Notes under the pieces: generated by a model
What the model saw: the letters and a program-made list of their open reading frames with translations, nothing else
The model's database searches: none
What the model was told of the DNA's origin: nothing
Part shown: positions 1 through 6,441 of the stretch, in pieces
Numbering within the stretch: position 1 is the first letter of the stretch
Layout: each line of letters begins with the position of its first letter
Translations under genes and position numbers: made by a program
Source of the DNA: Candidatus Ratteibacteria bacterium
GTDB lineage: Bacteria; Ratteibacteria; UBA8468; B48-G9; JAFGKM01
Assembly: GCA_046296715.1 (NCBI GenBank)
Contig: JBKBIN010000039.1
Location: 1 to 13,354, forward strand
Length of the DNA: 13,354 nt
Reading direction: 5' to 3'

Positions 1-263
1 TCTTTAATATATTTTTTTATTTTTTCTTCAATTTTTTTAAGTTTTAATTTTAAATTATTTAAAGTATTTATAATGTTGTCTATGTCTTTCTGTGACTTTT
101 CAACTTCTTCAAGCATATTTTTATAAGTTTTTATTTCAAATTCTTTCTTTTGTAATTCTTTGTTAAGTTTCTCTTTTTCACTTTTGAAAATTAAATATTC
201 AATCCCTGAAAAAATCCAACCAGATAAAAATAGAATAACTATATAATAAATTTTCTTTTTCAT
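1..263 (-). CDS. Hypothetical protein, 3'-partial (runs off the window): single N-terminal TM/signal anchor followed by a coiled coil
   Basis: Not in the ORF track; translated by hand. ATG at 263-261 overlaps the porD TGA (ATGA) and the frame is open to base 1: MKKKIYYIVILFLSGWIFSGIEYLIFKSEKEKLNKELQKKEFEIKTYKNMLEEVEKSQKDIDNIINTLNNLKLKLKKIEEKIKKYIK... Confidence 0.8.
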   Translation of the reverse strand, partial: MKKKIYYIVILFLSGWIFSGIEYLIFKSEKEKLNKELQKKEFEIKTYKNMLEEVEKSQKDIDNIINTLNNLKLKLKKIEEKIKKYIK

Positions 264-550
264 TTTTCTACCTCTTCTTTCATTTCAATTGCTTTTTTTG
301 GACATTCATATGCACATATTCCACAACCTTTACAATAATCATAATTAAAATGAGACCATTTCCCTTTTTCAGAATCAACAACAATGGCGTCATCAGGACA
401 ACTTATCCAGCATATAAAACAATTGATACATTTTTCAGGGATATGGACTGGTCTTTTACTTCTCCAGTTTCCTGTTTTAAATTTTAATGAACTACCGCCT
501 TCAAGCACATCTCCAACAGGTAATTCTTTCCAATTCAATTTTTTTTCCAT
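260..550 (-). CDS. porD: Pyruvate/2-oxoacid:ferredoxin oxidoreductase delta subunit (2x[4Fe-4S])
   Basis: Family N-terminal motif FKTGNWRSKRP, two ferredoxin motifs CINCFICWISCP and YDYCKGCGICAYECP, directly downstream of the gamma subunit, SD AAAGGAG upstream. Substrate specificity (por vs vor/kor) is not determinable here. Confidence 0.9.
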   Translation of the reverse strand: MEKKLNWKELPVGDVLEGGSSLKFKTGNWRSKRPVHIPEKCINCFICWISCPDDAIVVDSEKGKWSHFNYDYCKGCGICAYECPKKAIEMKEEVEK

Positions 551-551
551 T

Positions 552-1130
552 TTAATCTCCTTTCACTTCATTATATGCTCTTTCTATTGCTTTAAGATTA
601 CCTTCAATTACTTCTGGTTTATTTCTAAATTTCACCTCCAGTTTTTTCTTAGTATCTTTTAGTAATTCTTCAAGATTAAGTATTTTTGTTACTTTAACAA
701 GAGCACCCATCATTGGTGTGTTTGGTATATCCCTTCCAATTGTTTCAAGTGCAATCTTTGATGCATCAACTGTATAAATTTTCCCTTTAAAACTAATTTT
801 TTCTCTAATTTTTTCAGGAGGAAAAGGAGAATTAACAAGCAAAATTCCTTCTTTTTCATCAAGCCCTTCGCAAACATTTATCTGTTCAACTAATGAAAAA
901 TCAAGAACTACAACAACATCAGGATTTTCTATACCATAATGTATTCTTATAGGATTTGAACTTATTCTGTTAAAAGATGTAACAGGTGCTCCCATCCTTT
1001 CAGGTCCATATTCAGGGAATGCTTGAATATATTTACCTGTTGAAAGACAGGCATCTCCAAATAAAAGTGCTGCTGTTTTTGCTCCCTGTCCTCCTCTTCC
1101 ATGCCATCTAATTTCAAAAATTTCTTTCAT
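552..1130 (-). CDS. porC: Pyruvate/2-oxoacid:ferredoxin oxidoreductase gamma subunit
   Basis: Signature EIRWHGRGGQGAKTAA, QAFPEYGPERMGAPV, PDVVVVLD, PNTPMMGAL and C-terminal N.KAIERAYNEV. Confidence 0.92.
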   Translation of the reverse strand: MKEIFEIRWHGRGGQGAKTAALLFGDACLSTGKYIQAFPEYGPERMGAPVTSFNRISSNPIRIHYGIENPDVVVVLDFSLVEQINVCEGLDEKEGILLVNSPFPPEKIREKISFKGKIYTVDASKIALETIGRDIPNTPMMGALVKVTKILNLEELLKDTKKKLEVKFRNKPEVIEGNLKAIERAYNEVKGD

Positions 1131-1795
1131 TTTTTAACTCCTTTGTAAACTAAAAAAATTGTTTTAACTGTCAAAATTTCAAGAAAAGCAATGAATACTA
1201 ATAAAACAAATTTTAAGAAATTGATTTTATCATATTTTTGAAAAATTGTAAAAAATAAAGTCCAAAAAATAAGAAAAGGGAAAAATAAATTTATAAGATA
1301 AGGTAGATTGGCCTTCATAAATCTATAACTTTTCTTTATGGATTCAAAAACTGTATCGTTTTCTATAAATATTATAAAAGGTGTATAAATCGTTAAAAAA
1401 ACATAAAAAAATGGGATTGCTGCCCACATAATTATGATAAGAAAAAGTAAAAAAGAAACTTTAGATAAAATTTTAATTGAAGAGACAAAACTTAAAGCAA
1501 CCGAATAAATAAGTCCAGCAACTAAACTAACTAAAAGATTGTAAAGCAAGATGGAAGGGAAAAAATATAATCCTTCTTTGAATATATCTACGATTTTAAA
1601 ATTTTCCTCATAGACAGATTTTTTAATTCCTACATATATTGAAACTGTAAAGTAAATTTCAAAAATAAAGACGAAAATATAGAGGGATTTAAGTTTATCA
1701 AAAGTTAAAGTTCTCAGACAAAGATAAAGGAAAGTAAGTAAAAAAAGAAAAAACTCTTCTTTTTTTATCTTTACTACCTGTTTATATATTCCCAT
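1127..1795 (-). CDS. Hypothetical multi-pass membrane protein (about 5-6 TM segments)
   Basis: Several long hydrophobic stretches. The motif YTPFIIFIENDTVFESIKKSYRFMK resembles the UPF0259/DUF975/GDPD-membrane-domain type. ATGA overlap with porC at 1127-1130 supports it being a real gene. Confidence 0.8.
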   Translation of the reverse strand: MGIYKQVVKIKKEEFFLFLLTFLYLCLRTLTFDKLKSLYIFVFIFEIYFTVSIYVGIKKSVYEENFKIVDIFKEGLYFFPSILLYNLLVSLVAGLIYSVALSFVSSIKILSKVSFLLFLIIIMWAAIPFFYVFLTIYTPFIIFIENDTVFESIKKSYRFMKANLPYLINLFFPFLIFWTLFFTIFQKYDKINFLKFVLLVFIAFLEILTVKTIFLVYKGVKK

Positions 1796-1803
1796 TTTTA
1801 TGT

Positions 1804-1832
1804 ATATTACATTTTAAGAAAAATTAGGTCAA
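1804..1832 (-). promoter_or_regulatory. Candidate sigma70 promoter for the membrane protein-porCD operon
   Basis: Minus strand TTGACC (1832-1827), 17-nt spacer, TAATAT (1809-1804), then 8 nt to the ATG at 1795. Confidence 0.5.
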
Positions 1833-1840
1833 ATGAAAAA

Positions 1841-1870
1841 TGGTATAATATAGGGAGAAAAATGGAGGTG
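1841..1870 (+). promoter_or_regulatory. Extended -10 promoter and RBS for the aminotransferase operon
   Basis: TGgTATAAT at 1841-1849 is a perfect TGn-TATAAT. SD GGAGGTG at 1864-1870 lies 5 nt before ATG 1876. Confidence 0.65.
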
Positions 1871-1875
1871 AAATT

Positions 1876-3060
1876 ATGTATAGGATAGGAAAAGAAGAAG
1901 TAAAAGCAGTTGAAAAGGTAATAAAAAGTAAAGAATTGTTCAGAGTAAAAAAGAAAAAAGGAGAATGTGATAAATTTGAGGAAGAATGGGCTAAAAAAAT
2001 AGGTGTAAAGTATGCTTTGCTGATGAGTGGAGGTGGAACTGCTGCTTTAATATCTGGACTTGTTGGACTTGATATAGGACCTGGAGATGAAGTTTTAATT
2101 CCATCATATACATTTATGGCAACTGCAACAAGTGTTTTAATGGTTGGAGCAATTCCTGTAGTTGTTGAAGTAGATGAGACATGCACAATAGATCCAATTG
2201 ATATTGAAAGAAAAATTACAAAAAGTACAAAATGTATTATTCCTGTCCATATGGTTGGTTTTCCATGTAATATGGAAAAGATAATGAATATTGCCAAAAA
2301 ATATAATTTAAAAGTTCTTGAAGATTGTTGTCAAGCAGTTGGTGGAAGTTTTAAAGGTAAACGACTTGGTAGTTGGGGAGATGCAGGTGCTTATAGTTTC
2401 AATTATTTTAAAATCATAAGTTGTGGGGAGGGAGGATGTCTTGTAACTGATGATAGAATAATCTATGAAAAAGCAAGTATTTTCCATGATAGTGGAACTG
2501 CTTTTAGACCTTATGCTGGTGAATTTTCAATACCAATATTCTTAGGATTACAATTTAGAGCAAGTGAGATTATGGGGGCGATAATGAGAGTTCAATTAAA
2601 ACGACTTGATAAAATATTAAGAGATTTGAGAAAAAATAAAAGAAGAATAATGGAAGAAATGGAAAATGTCTTTGGAGTTAAATTTGCTCCTTCTAATGAT
2701 ATTGATGGTGATTGTGGAGTTATGATTCCATTTAGATTTGAAAATGAAGAAATTGCTAAAAAATTTGCTGAGATTTCAGGTGGCTATAGGCCTATTGACT
2801 CAGGAAAACATGTCTGGTTTGACTGGAAACCAATAATTGAAAAGAGAATTTGGCATAAGGAAAGATTAAATCCATATAATTTCAATGAAAATAAAGATTT
2901 AAGGCATACATATACAAAAGAAATGTTCCCAAAATCAATAGAAAATTTAAGTAGAACTGTTTTTATACCAGTTAATCCTGACTGGAAGTATAAAGAGATA
3001 AAAGAGAAAATTAAAAAATTGAAAAAGGCAGTTGAAGAATCATATAAAAATGGAACTTAA
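1876..3060 (+). CDS. DegT/DnrJ/EryC1/StrS family PLP-dependent (sugar) aminotransferase
   Basis: GTAAL, GPGDEVLIPSYTFMAT, IIPVHMVG, LEDCCQAVG, PLP-lysine loop YSFNYFKIISCGEGG, FRASE, QLKRLD; strong SD. Confidence 0.93.
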   Translation: MYRIGKEEVKAVEKVIKSKELFRVKKKKGECDKFEEEWAKKIGVKYALLMSGGGTAALISGLVGLDIGPGDEVLIPSYTFMATATSVLMVGAIPVVVEVDETCTIDPIDIERKITKSTKCIIPVHMVGFPCNMEKIMNIAKKYNLKVLEDCCQAVGGSFKGKRLGSWGDAGAYSFNYFKIISCGEGGCLVTDDRIIYEKASIFHDSGTAFRPYAGEFSIPIFLGLQFRASEIMGAIMRVQLKRLDKILRDLRKNKRRIMEEMENVFGVKFAPSNDIDGDCGVMIPFRFENEEIAKKFAEISGGYRPIDSGKHVWFDWKPIIEKRIWHKERLNPYNFNENKDLRHTYTKEMFPKSIENLSRTVFIPVNPDWKYKEIKEKIKKLKKAVEESYKNGT

Positions 3061-3811
3061 ATTTTTTGATGTTAATATCTGGATTGGTAAATTTATGAAT
3101 GATGAAAGAGAAATATCAGTTAGTGCAGAACAACTTATTAGTAAAATGACCTGTTTGAATATTAAAAAAGCAATTGTTTATCACATTTCTCAGAGAGATA
3201 TCCATCCTCAAATTGGGAATGAAAAATTAATAAAAGAGATTTCAAATAAACGACAACTTTATGGAGTTTTAACAATTCTACCGCCTCAAACTAATGAAAT
3301 TAAAATTTATACTTTTGAACAACTTAAAGAAAAAAAGATAGTTGGGTTTAATTTCTTTCCAAAGAAACATAATTTTATTTTAGATGAAATAAGTTTTGGT
3401 GATTTTCTAAGTGAACTTGAACAAAGAAAATTTCCAATTTTTCTTGATATAATGAGTGGTTTTTCTGTTGATTACAGAGATATATACTCAATTCTTAAAA
3501 CTTTTCCTAAATTAACCTGTATTTTATATAATCTTGGAATATGGAATACGAATAGATATACATGGCCATTACTTGAAAAATTTCCTAATGTTTATCTTGA
3601 ATCAAGTTTACTCTCTTTATATGAAGGAGGAATTGAAGAAACTGTCAAAAAGTTTGGTTCAGAAAGAATTGTTTTTGGTTCTGGTTTTCCTGAAAGATAC
3701 TTTGAAAGTTCAATTTTACAACTTGTTAATGCAGAGATTGGGAAAGAAGATAAAGAAAAAATTGCTTATAAAAACATAGAAAGAATAATAAATGAAATTA
3801 AATACGAATAA
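3050..3811 (+). CDS. Amidohydrolase (Amidohydro_2-like TIM barrel) protein lacking canonical metal ligands
   Basis: Layout matches the family (FPNVYLESS, KFGSERIVFGSGFP, DKEKIAYKN), but HxH is replaced by DVNIW and the strand-8 Asp by Gly. ATG at 3050 (11-nt overlap with the upstream gene) is preferred over the TTG at 3032. Confidence 0.85.
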   Translation: MELKFFDVNIWIGKFMNDEREISVSAEQLISKMTCLNIKKAIVYHISQRDIHPQIGNEKLIKEISNKRQLYGVLTILPPQTNEIKIYTFEQLKEKKIVGFNFFPKKHNFILDEISFGDFLSELEQRKFPIFLDIMSGFSVDYRDIYSILKTFPKLTCILYNLGIWNTNRYTWPLLEKFPNVYLESSLLSLYEGGIEETVKKFGSERIVFGSGFPERYFESSILQLVNAEIGKEDKEKIAYKNIERIINEIKYE

Positions 3812-4589
3812 ATTCTGGAATGAATTTTTATTAAGAGGAAGAATTGAAAATTTACCAGTTATAGATATACATTGTCATATGGGACTTTTTTTTGGAAGTC
3901 ATATGCCATATACAGAACCAGAAAAAATGGCACAGAGAATGGAAATTTCAGGTATCAAATTATGTGTCTTTGCCCACCATTATTCTTTATTTGAACCAGA
4001 AATAGGAAACAAAATTGTTGTTGATATTGTTAGAAAATTTCCAAATAAATTCAAAGGTTATTTTTCAGTAAATCCGCACTATAATCTAAAAAATGATATT
4101 AAGAATTATGAAAAGAATAACGATATTTTTGTAGGATTTAAATTACTTCCTGATTACCATAGGGTCCCACTTTCTGATAAAAGATATAAAAATATTTTTG
4201 ATTTTGCAGACGAAAAAGAGAGTATAATTTTAACTCATACCTGGGGAAATAGTGTTTATACTGGTGATAAAGAAGTTGAAAAAATTCTAAAAAAGTATAA
4301 AAAAATAAAATTGATTTTAGGGCATTCTTTGCATGGCACATGGGACAAAGCAGTAGAAATTATTAAAAATTATGAAAATGTATATCTTGAATTATGCGCT
4401 GTTATTGACGAAAGAGGTATTATTGAAAAAATAATTTCAGAAATCGGAAGCGATAAAATTTTATTCGGAACCGACTTCCCATGGTTCAATCACCATTATT
4501 ATATTGGTTCTCTTTTTGGAGCAGGACTTTCAGAAAATGAAATAAGGAAAATACTTTATCTAAATTCATTTAAACTTCTATTTCAATAG
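3792..4589 (+). CDS. Amidohydrolase family protein (Amidohydro_2-like), metal site intact
   Basis: IDIHCH (His at 3870 and 3876), VNPH, GFKLLP, ILTHTW, ILGHS, NVYLELC, KILFGTDFP (Asp at 4473). Overlaps the previous gene by 20 nt. Confidence 0.9.
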   Translation: MKLNTNKFWNEFLLRGRIENLPVIDIHCHMGLFFGSHMPYTEPEKMAQRMEISGIKLCVFAHHYSLFEPEIGNKIVVDIVRKFPNKFKGYFSVNPHYNLKNDIKNYEKNNDIFVGFKLLPDYHRVPLSDKRYKNIFDFADEKESIILTHTWGNSVYTGDKEVEKILKKYKKIKLILGHSLHGTWDKAVEIIKNYENVYLELCAVIDERGIIEKIISEIGSDKILFGTDFPWFNHHYYIGSLFGAGLSENEIRKILYLNSFKLLFQ

Positions 4590-4604
4590 AAAAAGGAGGA
4601 TAAA

Positions 4605-5666
4605 TTGGAAAAATTCTCAATTTTATTTTTTTTATCTTTAATTTTAGGGCTCAAAATTTCTGAAAAGGTTTATCAATATAAAGAAGAAATAGTTGTTAAT
4701 CAAGATAAATGGGAAAGTGATTTTTTCCCGATTGAAGAATTTAAATTTTATGAATTGACATTTTACTCTCTTTCCGCAGAAAAAAATTATTGGGCAATAT
4801 TTTTCTTTGATGAAAATAAGAATCAACTGTTGGCAGATAATTATTCAAGTTTTGATAGTAGTGAAAAATTTGCTAAAAATCAATTCTTTTTCCGAGGTAA
4901 ATGTAGAGCAAAATATGGAAAGCTTATTTTTCACAAAACTAAAAAGGAAAACCAATCTTTTAAAATAAAAGAGATATCCATTAAGAAAACAACAGATAAA
5001 AAAATATTGGAATATTTAAACAAAGAGAAAAAGAAAATTCCTGAAGTGAAAAAATTTAAAGTTGAAAAAAAATTTATTCCAGAAACATTAAGTAGATTAA
5101 AAAAGGGAGAAAAAATTAGAATTGTTATGCTTGGAGATAGTATCATTAATGATATAGGAAATTCTTTTTATGATGTGTTAATAAAAAGTGTATATCCAAA
5201 AGCAAAAATTGAAGTTATAACATCAGTAAAAGGTGGAACTGGTTGTTGGTATTATGAAAAGGAAAATAGAGTAAAAGAATTTGTTCTTGATTATAAACCA
5301 GACCTTTTAATAATTGGTGGGATAAGTAATAGAGATGATGTAGAATCAATAAGAAATGTAATAAGACAGGTGAGAGAAAAACAAAATCCTGAAATAATTG
5401 TTATGAGTAAAGCAGTTGGTAAAGAAGGAGATCCAAGAACCAATCCTCAATGGACAGATGAAATTGTTGAAAATACATATAGAGATAGATTAAGAAAACT
5501 TGCAGAACAAGAGAAAATTGAATTTTTTGATATTGAAAAGTACTGGGGAGAATATATTAAAAACTCAAATTTACCTTATGATTTATTCCTGAGAGATCCT
5601 GTCCATGCGAATGAATTGGGTAGAGTTGTTTTAGCATATCTTTTATTCTATTATTTTGTAGATTAA
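4605..5666 (+). CDS. SGNH/GDSL hydrolase with N-terminal hydrophobic segment and an extra N-terminal domain
   Basis: Block I VMLGDSI, block II GGTG, block III PDLLIIGGISN, block V DPVHAN. TTG start supported by SD AGGAGGA at 4594-4600. Confidence 0.85.
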   Translation: MEKFSILFFLSLILGLKISEKVYQYKEEIVVNQDKWESDFFPIEEFKFYELTFYSLSAEKNYWAIFFFDENKNQLLADNYSSFDSSEKFAKNQFFFRGKCRAKYGKLIFHKTKKENQSFKIKEISIKKTTDKKILEYLNKEKKKIPEVKKFKVEKKFIPETLSRLKKGEKIRIVMLGDSIINDIGNSFYDVLIKSVYPKAKIEVITSVKGGTGCWYYEKENRVKEFVLDYKPDLLIIGGISNRDDVESIRNVIRQVREKQNPEIIVMSKAVGKEGDPRTNPQWTDEIVENTYRDRLRKLAEQEKIEFFDIEKYWGEYIKNSNLPYDLFLRDPVHANELGRVVLAYLLFYYFVD

Positions 5667-5723
5667 TTTTTTTCTAAACAAAAATTTTTTCAAAACACAA
5701 TTTCTTTTCCCGCAATTCTCAAC

Positions 5724-5763
5724 AATTTCCACCTTTCACCTCGTAGGTGTAGGAGGGTAAATT
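5724..5763. repeat. Imperfect inverted repeat / stem-loop in the intergenic region
   Basis: Core CACCT(5737-5741)-CGT-AGGTG(5745-5749), extended by CCT/AGG, CC/GG and AATTT/AAATT pairs. GC-richer than the flanks, with no clear U-tract on either strand. Confidence 0.5.
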
Positions 5764-5810
5764 TGACATAAAAAAATTTCTTTGTAAAATTAAGATTAGA
5801 AAGGAGGTGA
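5763..5810 (+). promoter_or_regulatory. sigma70 promoter and RBS of the MBL-fold hydrolase
   Basis: TTGACA (5763-5768), 16-nt spacer, TAAAAT (5785-5790); SD AAGGAGGTGA at 5801-5810; ATG 5815. Confidence 0.65.
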
Positions 5811-5814
5811 AAAC

Positions 5815-6435
5815 ATGGTTGAATTTATTAAATGGCTTGGACATGCTTCAATTTTAATTTCAATTGGAGGGAAAAATATTTATATTGACCCATGGAAACT
5901 TATAAAAGACCAGCCAAAAGGAGATTTAATTTTAATTACTCATTCACATTATGACCATTTTAGTCCTGATGATATCAATAAAATTGTGAAAAATGACTCA
6001 AATATTATTGGACCTCATGAAGTATTAAAAATTAAAACAGGTATAAAAAAAGTACTTAAACCAGAAGATGAAGTTGATTTAAAATGGGTTAAAATTAAGG
6101 CAGTTCCAGCATATAATATTAATAAAAATTATCATCCAAAGGCAAATAACTGGTGTGGATATATAATTGAAATTGAGGGAAAAAAAATCTATATTGCAGG
6201 AGATACAGATTTTATCCCTGAAATGAAAAATATATCTGCAGATATAGTTATAGTTCCTATTGGTGGGACTTACACTATGAATGCAGAGGAAGCAGCAAAT
6301 GCAGTAAATATAATTAAACCAAAAATTGCTATACCATATCACTATGGAGATATAGTTGGTTCAGAAAGGGATGCAAAATTATTTTCTTCTTTTGTTTTGA
6401 ATTCAGAAGTTAAAATCCTAAAAATTGAAAAATAA
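5815..6435 (+). CDS. MBL-fold metallo-hydrolase (UPF0173/UlaG-like, Lactamase_B_3 type)
   Basis: WLGHAS, IYIDPW, THSHYDH (HxHxDH), VPAYN, HPK, IYIAGDT, PIGGTYTM, AIPYHYG. Confidence 0.9.
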   Translation: MVEFIKWLGHASILISIGGKNIYIDPWKLIKDQPKGDLILITHSHYDHFSPDDINKIVKNDSNIIGPHEVLKIKTGIKKVLKPEDEVDLKWVKIKAVPAYNINKNYHPKANNWCGYIIEIEGKKIYIAGDTDFIPEMKNISADIVIVPIGGTYTMNAEEAANAVNIIKPKIAIPYHYGDIVGSERDAKLFSSFVLNSEVKILKIEK

Positions 6436-6441
6436 TTTTAT

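Noticed and set aside
384..662. 92-aa plus-strand ORF
   Set aside because: Antisense shadow of porD/porC with no recognisable motif.
1824..2297. 157-aa hydrophobic minus-strand ORF
   Set aside because: Antisense to the well-supported aminotransferase; the F/I/S-rich composition is the expected mirror of an A-rich coding strand.
3534..6342. Short ORFs 3534-3779(+), 4138-4341(-), 4644-4826(-), 4931-5146(-), 6079-6342(-)
   Set aside because: All lie fully inside motif-supported genes, in alternate or antisense frames, without recognisable features.
5815..6435. Antibiotic-resistance beta-lactamase
   Set aside because: No signal peptide, and the motif layout fits the generic UPF0173/UlaG-like MBL hydrolases.
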